Shown here in pieces: positions 51,814-61,300 of a stretch of DNA of 64,000 nucleotides. Source of the DNA: a virus (taxonomy: Duplodnaviria; Caudoviricetes); IMG/VR virus record IMGVR_UViG_3300046171_000271. One strand, given 5' to 3'. Below the pieces are notes generated by a model that saw only the letters and a program-made list of their open reading frames with translations, was not told the origin of the DNA and made no database searches. Within the stretch, counting starts at the first letter, position 1. Every line of letters starts with the position of its first letter. The position numbers and the translations under genes were made by a program.

Positions 51814-51957
51814 ATGCAAACTACTGTCACCTTAAATGATACTCAATGGGATATAATCCTAGAAGCAGTAGAAGATTATGCTGTGTTGGTAAGTGAAGAT
51901 GTATCAGATAAATGTGGTGAGATTCTAGACATTATAGAGGCAGAAAGAACCAATTAG
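51814..51957 (+). CDS. 47 aa acidic hypothetical protein
   Basis: LNDTQWDIILEAVEDYA; weakly like the 53055 ORF. Confidence 0.5.
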   Translation: MQTTVTLNDTQWDIILEAVEDYAVLVSEDVSDKCGEILDIIEAERTN

Positions 51958-51984
51958 ACTAATACCTAGGATGTTTATGTTTAT

Positions 51985-52020
51985 GGGTAAAATGTAAGTA
52001 ATTCTACTTATGTTTTACCC
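51985..52020 (+). other. 16-bp stem-loop
   Basis: GGGTAAAATGTAAGTA-ATTC-TACTTATGTTTTACCC, fully paired with two G-U on + strand. Confidence 0.75.
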
Positions 52021-52153
52021 TAAAATGTATTAAAAAACGTTTTAAAATGCCTTTATAAATATACCTCGCTATTTTATCTTATTGAGAGTTATTCTCTGGA
52101 TACTACCCATTAATACCCTTTTAAATGTGCTGAGTCTTGTGATCTTGGCGTCC

Positions 52154-52182
52154 ATTCTATCAGCAACTCCCAGAAAAGTCAA
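52154..52182 (-). promoter_or_regulatory. minus-strand sigma70-type promoter
   Basis: TTGACT-17-TAGAAT. Confidence 0.65.
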
Positions 52183-52258
52183 CACCCCTCGATATAATTT
52201 TCCCAGCGTCAGTGTTTGCTAATTTCTGAGATTTGTGCCTATAAATATGTTCGGCGCG

Positions 52259-52287
52259 TTGACAATAATACTCCGATAGATTAGACT
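52259..52287 (+). promoter_or_regulatory. sigma70-type promoter
   Basis: TTGACA-17-TAGACT upstream of 52317. Confidence 0.7.
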
Positions 52288-52316
52288 CTAAAAGCATCAC
52301 CAACTGGAGCAGATTC

Positions 52317-52493
52317 ATGTCGGTTTCTTACAACCAATCACAGAAGCAACGTTACAGAATCACCCTGGATATAGAGGTGTACGATGACTTCAATCCCCAT
52401 CAAATTGACTTCGAGGAGTTATTTGGAATGGAAGGAACCGAGCGGGTTGTTGATAGTTACGTAGAGGATTTAAGTAACCCTATCAGTTGGTGA
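52317..52493 (+). CDS. 58 aa hypothetical protein (not in ORF track)
   Basis: MSVSYNQSQKQRYRITLDIEVYDDFNPHQIDFEELF. Confidence 0.65.
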   Translation: MSVSYNQSQKQRYRITLDIEVYDDFNPHQIDFEELFGMEGTERVVDSYVEDLSNPISW

Positions 52494-52533
52494 TTAACAG
52501 GCCTATCATATTTTGCGTGGAATGACAGTGTTA

Positions 52534-52591
52534 TGTGCCAGTCTTATTTGCGGCACACGATATAAGCACGGGGGTGTAGATGCCTTATATT
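52534..52591 (+). promoter_or_regulatory. early promoter element copy 10
   Basis: TGTGCCA-N10-CGGCACA; TATATT at 52586. Confidence 0.75.
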
Positions 52592-52656
52592 AGGTACATC
52601 GGAGGGGGATCACACTCAACCCTCCACTAACACTCTCCACCCACACTTTCTTTACC

Positions 52657-53007
52657 ATGCGTAAGATCGAAACCCAGATGATTTCCGCAATCAAAAATGG
52701 TATCGATTGGAAATCTGCAAACACTGAGGTAGTTTCTCAGCAGAATGGTGTCTCTATTGTTTACCTCTACGGTTCTAAGATTGCTGAGATTGGTGATGAT
52801 TATCTGACTCTGTTTGATGGTGGTGAACAGACCAAAACTACAAAGTCACGATTGAATGCAATTCTTGGTGAGTTTGGTTATACTTGCGGAACCAAACGTG
52901 AGTATGTTTTCCAGAAGCAATTTGAATGGTTTGTTAATTTCTTCAACATGAAATCTAATCAGATTGAAGTTGTTCCTTTTGTTGATGGAATGGTTCTTGC
53001 TGCCTGA
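52657..53007 (+). CDS. hypothetical early protein
   Basis: MRKIETQM..WKSANT..VYLYGSKIA..TKTTKSRLNA. Confidence 0.75.
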   Translation: MRKIETQMISAIKNGIDWKSANTEVVSQQNGVSIVYLYGSKIAEIGDDYLTLFDGGEQTKTTKSRLNAILGEFGYTCGTKREYVFQKQFEWFVNFFNMKSNQIEVVPFVDGMVLAA

Positions 53008-53054
53008 AACTTACTGTTAGTTCGTTACACTTTCCACCTCACATTCTTTTCGTT

Positions 53055-53216
53055 ATGAACACCACCAACACTTATAGTCTCTCTAACTTAACTGAAGAGC
53101 AGTTAGATGCTATCAGTTCCGCTCTAAAAGATTACGCGGATTATGGTGAAGAAGAGGCGACAATCGCTGACGAGATTGATGCTAAAATCAACAGCATCTT
53201 TCGTATCACTGAGTGA
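53055..53216 (+). CDS. 53 aa acidic hypothetical protein
   Basis: LTEEQLDAISSALKDYADY. Confidence 0.55.
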   Translation: MNTTNTYSLSNLTEEQLDAISSALKDYADYGEEEATIADEIDAKINSIFRITE

Positions 53217-53275
53217 TATAAACCTAGGGTAATCGTTCGCCAGTTCTTTACACTCTCCACCTCACAATCGTCACC

Positions 53276-53491
53276 ATGTATCAACTCCAACGTGTTCCGG
53301 GTAATGATTACGCAACCGATCTTATTAACGCACGAAAGTATTACGGAGAGATGCTAGATGCGTATGCGAAAGTAGATTCTCCAGATGACGATTATCTGCT
53401 CAAACTATCAGAAACTGTTGGGGAGATTGAAACACTTTGGCAGCAGTATTTGAGAATGATTGACAACAAGCGTCAAGGATGTGCGTGGTGA
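53276..53491 (+). CDS. small hypothetical protein
   Basis: 71 aa; shares leader motif. Confidence 0.55.
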   Translation: MYQLQRVPGNDYATDLINARKYYGEMLDAYAKVDSPDDDYLLKLSETVGEIETLWQQYLRMIDNKRQGCAW

Positions 53492-53777
53492 GTGTTGCTA
53501 ACCGTGGGGACAGTAAGTGTTACATAGTCCCCACACCAGTTCTTTACACAACCAACGAAATGTGCTAATCTATTACTAATTCAAACTCAATCGTCTATCT
53601 ATTACTAATGCTTACTCCAGTTACTATTACTAACACACAGTGAGTTTCTATTAGTAATAACGAAAAAGTATGATTGCAGGATATTCGTGTTAGGCAGTTA
53701 TTTTATTTGTGGTTAATTATAATAAGCGAAGCGATGCCCCCCGTTATAAAAACGCCTAACTACCCTAACCTACAGAG

Positions 53778-53966
53778 GTGACAAAACGCGAGAGTGATTT
53801 CGCTTTTATAAAAAAAATTTTCGGTATGAAAAAAACGCCCTATTGGAATTTTTGGAGAGTTGTATTTGCAGGCTGGATGATCAGATATCCTGGAAAGTTT
53901 ATGCGCCCCTTTGCATTTGTCGGAGGGTTTCTTATTGTGCTGATATATAATGCGCTTACAAATTAA
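53778..53966 (+). CDS. small membrane protein (likely start ~53826)
   Basis: TPYWNFWRVVFAGWMIRYPGK. Confidence 0.55.
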   Translation: MTKRESDFAFIKKIFGMKKTPYWNFWRVVFAGWMIRYPGKFMRPFAFVGGFLIVLIYNALTN

Positions 53967-54001
53967 AAGTAAGCAAAAAAATTTTCGGAGGAAAAAATTG
54001 C

Positions 54002-54211
54002 ATGTCCAGGATTTATCACATTTATGCGAAAGGAGAGTGTTTATATCACAGTTTAAATGAGCAACAGTTTCAAGATACATGGAAACAATTGCAAGGTATG
54101 GTAGGATTAATGAAGACAGAGTATAATGTAGAAGATCTCTCATATGAAACTGTGCAATTACTCACAGAACATCGCGTGTACGGTGAACCGTCAGGAAGTG
54201 ATTCCTATTGA
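54002..54211 (+). CDS. small hypothetical protein
   Basis: IYHIYAKGECLYHSL..WKQLQGMVGLMKT. Confidence 0.65.
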   Translation: MSRIYHIYAKGECLYHSLNEQQFQDTWKQLQGMVGLMKTEYNVEDLSYETVQLLTEHRVYGEPSGSDSY

Positions 54212-54236
54212 CAACTACATATCACTGAACTATAAT
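54208..54236 (+). promoter_or_regulatory. consensus sigma70-type promoter
   Basis: TTGACA-17-TATAAT. Confidence 0.85.
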
Positions 54237-54259
54237 TGAACTGAAGTTAATTCCAACTC

Positions 54260-55040
54260 ATGGCAAAAGGATTTACTGTTAAGACTGTTCCACCGAAGAA
54301 AAAAGAATCTGATACCGGATGGGACATTGATGCGATTAAGCAACGTATGCAAGGTAAGAAGATTGTATTCTGTCTTCCTGGGCGCGGTTGCTCGTATGTA
54401 TTTTTAAAGAACTTTGTACAACTTTGTTTTGATCTTGTACAAAATGGAATGAGTATTCAAATTAGTCAAGATTACTCATCAATGGTTAATTTTGCACGAT
54501 GCAAATGTCTTGGTGCAAATGTATTGCGCGGCCCTGATCAATTACCTTGGGACGGGAAGCTCGAATATGATTATCAACTATGGATTGATAGTGATATTGT
54601 ATTCACTACTGAAAAGTTTTGGCAACTATGTGACTTAGCAATTAATGCTGAGGGCGAAGAGAAAGCAAATTGTTGCTGGATGGTATTCCACAGAAGATGG
54701 ACAGACTACTTCCGTTGCACACTGGTTGGAAGAAGATGACTTCCGTAAGAACGGTGGTGTGATGAATCATGAAACCATTGAATCTATTTCCAAGCGTAAG
54801 AAACCATTTACTGTTGACTACACAGGTTTTGGATGGGTAATGATTCAGAATGGTGTCTTCGAGAATGAAGAGATGAAGTATCCATGGTTTGCTCCTAAGA
54901 TGCAAATCTTTGAAAGTGGTGCAGTTCAGGACATGTGTGGCGAAGATGTGTCATTCTGTCTGGATGCTATTGAAGCAGGATATGAGATCTGGTGTGATCC
55001 TCGTATTCGTGTAGGCCACGAAAAAACTCGCGTTATTTGA
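54260..55040 (+). CDS. GT-A-fold glycosyltransferase-like protein (frameshift ~54660)
   Basis: IVFCLPG, YQLWIDSDIVF (DxD), YTGFGWVMI, CGEDVSFC..RVGHEK. Confidence 0.75.
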
Positions 55041-55051
55041 GGACTTAAATT

Positions 55052-55201
55052 ATGGCAGTACGTGCAAAGGTTGGTTTGGTTAAAGACGGGTTTATGCCCG
55101 GCAAACCAAAAAACACTCGTCAAGGAGAAGGTAAAAATACTAAGTATGCCGCAACTTCTCGTAACGGAAAACGCAAAGCATATCGTGGACAAGGTAAATA
55201 G
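55052..55201 (+). CDS. 49 aa basic hypothetical protein (not in ORF track)
   Basis: PKNTRQGEGKNTKYAATSRNGKRKAYRGQGK. Confidence 0.65.
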   Translation: MAVRAKVGLVKDGFMPGKPKNTRQGEGKNTKYAATSRNGKRKAYRGQGK

Positions 55202-55221
55202 GTATAACGATATGTTACGTT

Positions 55222-55875
55222 ATGGCAGCATTAATTTGCAACTTACCTTCAGTTGAAGTATGGGTAAGAAAAGAATATCTAACTGATCATCAATCTGGTT
55301 GGGGAGAATATGTAAAGGGCGTTTGGGTTTCGGCAAAGTCGATTCCTGGACGCGCTTTTTATTTTGAGACATACTTACCAGAGTATGCAGCAATGTATGA
55401 TAAGTTACCTATTAGTGCATTTCTATCAGAACCAAAGAAACCTGATCCTGATATGAGTCTACAAAATCTTCAGTTTTGGAATTGTATGGATTATGGTGTA
55501 GTTGCAGTTAAGAAACAGTTTATTGGTAGTATGGATTATGAAGTCTATACAAGAGATCATGGTACAATGAAAGGTACATATGTCTGTACTATTGATAACT
55601 ATCATCAAGATCCTGATGTAATTGATTATGCTACAAGTGAAAACCCATCAGAACATAAGTCACATAATTTAATTGAACTTGTTAATGGACAATATTGTTT
55701 GTATCCTAATAATAGAACAAGAATATATGATAATAGTTTGACTCCTGAGAAACCAAAAACACCAGAATTCAAAGTGTCAACTGAATATTATCAAGTTGAG
55801 AATGGATATGACAGAATGGGCCTTGGTGATCAAGAAAGTTACTTCTGGAAAACCTCTAAGGAACGAGATAAATAA
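55222..55875 (+). CDS. hypothetical protein
   Basis: ICNLPSVEVWVRKEYL..YDKLPISAF..LQFWNCMDY..EHKSHN..YPNNR. Confidence 0.75.
   Translation: MAALICNLPSVEVWVRKEYLTDHQSGWGEYVKGVWVSAKSIPGRAFYFETYLPEYAAMYDKLPISAFLSEPKKPDPDMSLQNLQFWNCMDYGVVAVKKQFIGSMDYEVYTRDHGTMKGTYVCTIDNYHQDPDVIDYATSENPSEHKSHNLIELVNGQYCLYPNNRTRIYDNSLTPEKPKTPEFKVSTEYYQVENGYDRMGLGDQESYFWKTSKERDK
55867..55874 (+). promoter_or_regulatory. late promoter
   Basis: GATAAATA upstream of gp25. Confidence 0.6.
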
Positions 55876-55895
55876 ACTATACTTGCGTGTAAATA

Positions 55896-56297
55896 GTGCC
55901 AGTTCAACGTGCCAGTAAATCATTTAAGGACATTTCAATGTCCTTTAAAGTAAGTCCGCTTACTTATGATTTGATTGCAAATAAAAATGAAAATGCAATT
56001 GCGCGTTCAATTCGCAATTTAATTCTTACTACTCCTGGTGAGCGTCCTTTTAATCCAGTATTAGGATCACAAGTTAGTCGTTTATTATTTGAACCAATTG
56101 ATAGCATTACGACTCAAGCATTGAAGGAGCAGATTGAGAACACAATCAATAATTTTGAACCTAGAGTAAGACTTCGTCAAGTTGTTGTAAAACCAAACTA
56201 TGACGCAGAAGAGTATGATATCTCTATTCGTTATGACATTGTTGGGATAGAAGCAAATTCTCAACAACTATCATTCGCATTACAACCGACACGATAA
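55896..56297 (+). CDS. gp25: baseplate wedge subunit
   Basis: AIARSIRNLILTTPGERPFNPVLGS..LFEP..FEPRV. Confidence 0.93.
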   Translation: MPVQRASKSFKDISMSFKVSPLTYDLIANKNENAIARSIRNLILTTPGERPFNPVLGSQVSRLLFEPIDSITTQALKEQIENTINNFEPRVRLRQVVVKPNYDAEEYDISIRYDIVGIEANSQQLSFALQPTR

Positions 56298-58348
56298 TGG
56301 CACTAGTCAACTTTGCCAATTTAGATTTCGATCAGATTAAGCAGTCAATCACAGATTATCTGCGATCTAATTCTAATTTTACTGATTACGACTTTGAAGG
56401 ATCTAATCTTTCGACGATTATTGATGCCTTAGCATATAATACGTATATAACCTCATATAATGCCAATATGGTATCTAATGAGGTATTCATTGATTCCGCC
56501 ACTCTCAGAGAGAATGTGGTGTCTTTGGCGAGGAATATAGGTTATACACCAAGATCTAGTAAGTCATCAAGAGCTAATATTACTTTTATTGTTGACACCG
56601 CTAATTATAGCGTTAAACCTCAAACGATAACTCTGAATAAAGGTATTGTTGCAACATCTAATTCCTTTGGAAATGAGAACTACACGTTCTCTATAATGGA
56701 GGATATTACGGTTCCTGTTGTTAATAATATTGCAACTTTTAGTAACATTGATGTATATGAAGGCACGTATATAACAAGTGAGTTTAGTTATAACACTTAT
56801 GATCCAAATCAAAGATTTATCTTAGATAATCCCAACATTGATATATCTACAATCAACGTTATTTGGAAACCTTCACAATTATCATCTGTAAAGAGAAAAT
56901 TTCATAGATCTAATAGTTTATTTGAAGTAGATAGTCAATCGCCAGTCTATTGGGTACAAGAAATCGAGAATGAGAGATATGAGTTAATATTTGGTGATGG
57001 AATCTTTGGTATTGCTCTTGAAGAACCAAACTTCTTAGAAGTAAGATATCTCGTTAATAACGGTAGTAATTCAAACGGTGTATTTGATTTATCATTTAAT
57101 GGAAAACTAACCACATCTAGAGATAATATTTCAATTAATTCAGGCATATCTCGTATAACTGTAAACACACCGGCATACGCTGGATCCGATATTGAAAGTA
57201 TTGAGTCTATCAAAAAATATGCTACCCAAACATATGCTTCTCAGAATAGAGCAGTAACATCAACTGATTATGAATATATCATTCCTAAAATTTATCCCGA
57301 AGCTGAATCAATTTCAGTATTTGGTGGTGAAGAATTAAGTCCACCACAGTTTGGAAAAGTATTTGCTAGTATTAAACCAATCAATGGTGCATATCTCTCA
57401 AATTTAGTAAAAGATAATATTAAGAGAGAAATCAAAAAATATTCAGTTGGTGGTATTGATTTAGAGATTACTGATCTAAAGTATCTCTACATCGAAGCAT
57501 TAGTGAATGTGTATTATAACTCTAATAACGCAAATAGTGGTGATCAAATAAAATCTATTGTTTCTACTAATATTGATCAATACGGATCTTCAACTGAAAT
57601 TAATAAGTTTGGAGCAAGATTTAAGTATAGTAAGTTTCTTAATGTCGTAGATAATAGTAATTCTGCTATTACATCTAATATTACTACAATTCAAATGAGA
57701 AGAGACTTAAGAGCTTCTCTGAACACATTTGCTGAATATGAAATTTGCTTTGGAAATAGATTTCATGTTGTAAATCATGGACACGGAACATATAACGGTA
57801 AAATAGGATACAATATAAAGTCCTCTGGATTCCGAGTAAGTGGAGTTGCGGGAACTGTGTATCTTGCAGACACTGCTAATCGATCTTTAGAAACTGGATC
57901 CGTAAATTTAATTAGATTAAATTCTTCTAGTGAGGCAGTTATTGTACGAAGAAATATTGGATCTATTGACTATATTAAAGGAGAAATAAAATTAAATCCA
58001 ATTAACATTGTTTCAACAAATATTAATAGACAATTTCCCTTAATTGAAATATCAGCTATTCCTTATTCTAATGATGTTATCGGATTACAGGATCTTTATA
58101 TTCAACTAGATACTAGTAACGTAACAATAAATTGTGTTAATGACAGAATATCTTCTGGGTACGATGTTTCGGGATCTGACTATATCGTTTCCTCAAGTTT
58201 TGCACAAGGAAGTTTAGTCCGTGGCACGGTTGATTCGACGACATCACCACAAACATCTAGAACAAGTTCATCCATAACAGCATCATCAACAAGTTCTACA
58301 AGATCTACTTCTACTCCTACTTCTCCAACTACTACTTATTCATACTAA
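56297..58348 (+). CDS. gp6: baseplate wedge subunit
   Basis: LDFDQIK..FTDYDFEGSNLS..LAYNTY..SATLRENVVSLARNIGY..QNRAVT..DY. Confidence 0.95.
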   Translation: MALVNFANLDFDQIKQSITDYLRSNSNFTDYDFEGSNLSTIIDALAYNTYITSYNANMVSNEVFIDSATLRENVVSLARNIGYTPRSSKSSRANITFIVDTANYSVKPQTITLNKGIVATSNSFGNENYTFSIMEDITVPVVNNIATFSNIDVYEGTYITSEFSYNTYDPNQRFILDNPNIDISTINVIWKPSQLSSVKRKFHRSNSLFEVDSQSPVYWVQEIENERYELIFGDGIFGIALEEPNFLEVRYLVNNGSNSNGVFDLSFNGKLTTSRDNISINSGISRITVNTPAYAGSDIESIESIKKYATQTYASQNRAVTSTDYEYIIPKIYPEAESISVFGGEELSPPQFGKVFASIKPINGAYLSNLVKDNIKREIKKYSVGGIDLEITDLKYLYIEALVNVYYNSNNANSGDQIKSIVSTNIDQYGSSTEINKFGARFKYSKFLNVVDNSNSAITSNITTIQMRRDLRASLNTFAEYEICFGNRFHVVNHGHGTYNGKIGYNIKSSGFRVSGVAGTVYLADTANRSLETGSVNLIRLNSSSEAVIVRRNIGSIDYIKGEIKLNPINIVSTNINRQFPLIEISAIPYSNDVIGLQDLYIQLDTSNVTINCVNDRISSGYDVSGSDYIVSSSFAQGSLVRGTVDSTTSPQTSRTSSSITASSTSSTRSTSTPTSPTTTYSY

Positions 58349-58357
58349 AGACGTAAG

Positions 58358-61300
58358 ATGATATCAACCGATTTACAGAGAGTACAGATTCAGGACATTA
58401 TCGAATACCAATTACCTGCATTTGTAAGGGATGATTTTCCCTTGGTTGGTGAATTTTTAAAGCAGTATTATATTTCACAAGAATATCCTACCGCACCGTC
58501 TGATATTGTACAAAATATTGACGAATATGTTAAATTAGAGACTCTTCTTGATACTCAGGATGAAACAAATTTATCTGAAGACATTTCATTTTCCGATACA
58601 GAAATTCCTGCAGGATTTAATATTGAATCGAATCAATATGGAACATATCAGTTTCCAGAGAGATATGGTTTAATTAAAATTGATGATGAAATAATTTTAT
58701 ATACTTCTAAAGATAGAAATTCTTTTAATGGTTGCATTCGCGGATTTAGTGGGGTAACTAAACTAGGCAATGATAATAAAAGATTAACATTTTCATCATC
58801 AGAATCTGCATCTCATTTACAAGGTGCTAAAATAATTAATCTTAGTAATATTTTACTTAAAGAATTCTTAGAAAAGTTAAAGAAACAAATTGCACCAGGG
58901 TTTGAAGGAAGAAAAATCAATTCTGATGTAAATCAAAAACTTTTCTTATCAAGATCTAAAGATTTTTATGAATCTAAAGGAACTGATGAGTCATTCAAAA
59001 TTTTATTTGCTGCACTTTATGGAGAAAAAGTAGAAGTTATAAAACCTAAAGAATTTTTGTTTAGGGCTTCTGATGCTCAATTTAGAAAAACTAGAGATAT
59101 TGTTGTAGAATCAATTGTAGGAGATCCTTCAAAATTAAAGAATCAAACACTTTATCAAAATGCATTCCCAGAATATGGTATTACGGAAGCATATGCTACA
59201 GTTGTAGATTGCGAAAAGATTGCAAGAGAAAATAAGACTTACTATCAATTGAGTGTAGACTTTGATTTCAGTAAAGATATAGATCTTACTGGTGGAACCA
59301 TATTTGGAAAATTTTCTGCTCATCCTAAAACTCAAAACACGATTTTAGTTTCAACTGGTTCATCAGTAATTGATGTTGATTCAACAATTGGATTTCCAGA
59401 AAAAGGAGAAATTTTTGTTAATGGCCAGAGTGGAATTTTAACTTATCGTTCAAAAACTATCAATCAGTTTACTGAAGTTGGTTTAGCAAACACTACTACT
59501 TTCGGAACAAACTATAACATTAATCCAGGAACTGAATTAAATCTAAACGTTAGTGCATATGGGTTTGAAGGAATTAGCGCCGTCTCAGTCGCTTCTAGCG
59601 ATGTCTCAGCAGTAGGTATAGGCACTACCTCAAAGATTGAAGTTAGAATAGGAAAAGTTTTAGGAGAGAATGTAATTTATGATGACACCTCATATTTCAC
59701 TAATAACGATAACATTAGAATTAAGTCACTTGGTATCAATGCACCAAGAGAATTAGATAATAGTTGGTTTATTAACGTAAATCCCAAATATAGTATTAAG
59801 AATATATCAATTATTGATTCTTCTAATTTTACGTATTCTATTGAGACAATAGCAAGAAATAATTTTAGGATAGGAGATAAAGCAAGTGTAATTCAATCAA
59901 ATGGTGTTGAAAAAACGGGTGTTATAATTGACGTTGCTTCTGCGAATACCTTCACATTTGCAAGAGCAGGAGAATTATTAGGAACTAAATTTTTTATTAG
60001 AAGAGACGTTCTTAAACCAGTTGTAAGTAATTTAAATGTAAATGAATACTCTTACATTGAGAAATCTTTTGCAAATGTTCAAAACACGTATACAAAGTTT
60101 GATGGCGATGTTTTGGTTGCATCATCTTCTATTCCATCATATCATGATAGTCCATTAAACTTTTATGATGGAAAAGTCTCTTTAAATGGAGAGTATAATG
60201 GAGAACTTTTTACAGTAGAACGCAATCATGGTTTTTATACTGGCGATAGAGTTTATTATGAACCATCAATCAAAAGCAATACCATTTCTATCGATAATCA
60301 AGATGTAGTAGTAGATTCAGTTATAAGCAAGTTTCCTGAGATTGATTCGGGTGTTTATTATATTAAAAGAATAAGCGATAAACAATTCAAGATTGCTTCG
60401 AGTGTCGCCAATTTATATAATGACACTTTTGTTTCAGTATCCGGTATTGTTACTGACAACTATTTCTGTCCTAGTAATTTTTATAATAAAAATTTAAAAC
60501 ATCAAAAATTATACAGACAATTTAAATCTCCAGTTAATGATGGAAGAGAATATACAACTCTTCCTGGTAAAACTGGAATGCTTGTTAATGGTGTTGAAAT
60601 TTTAAATTATAAATCTGGAGATAGTGTATATTTTGGAAATATCAATAGCGTAACAGTTTCTGCTCCAGGAAGCGGTTATGATATTATTAATCCGCCTATT
60701 CTTTCTATTCAGGATTCTACTGGAATTGGTGCTACTGGACTTGTTAATGTTAAAGGTTCTTTAGAAAGAATTGAAATTTTAGATCCTGGATTTGATTACG
60801 TATCAGAACCAATAATTACAATTACTGGGGGAAATGGATCGGAAGCTAATGCACACGCTAATACTAAATTAGTCACACATTCAGTTTCTTTTTATTCAAC
60901 ATCAGATAATGATCAAGTTGGACTTTCGTCTGACACGATTGGATTTACTACTTTTCATAGATTTAGAGAATCTGAAAGGGTAGTTTATAAAACAGATGGA
61001 CAAACTGCTATTGGTGGTATTACTGATAATGCAGAATATTATGTAAAACTGGTTGATCAAAAAACGATTAAATTATTTGCAAATGCAAGTGATTCCATTA
61101 CCGGGACTAATCCTATCAACATAACTTCAAATGGAGAAGGAGTTCATAGATTTGAATCGTTCAGTAAAAAACGTGTTCTCTCTGATATTGTAGTAACATC
61201 ATCAGGGTATAATTATGAAAATAAAAAGAGAGTATCTGGAGTTTCAGGAATAAACACAGCATTAAATCAAATTAATATTTTTAATCATGGGTTCTACTCT

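Noticed and set aside
42856-52557. Dyad repeats as a CRISPR array or integron attC array
   Set aside because: Spacing is irregular (0.4-5.6 kb) with whole genes between copies, there are no cas or integrase genes, and each copy is phased to a -10 box.
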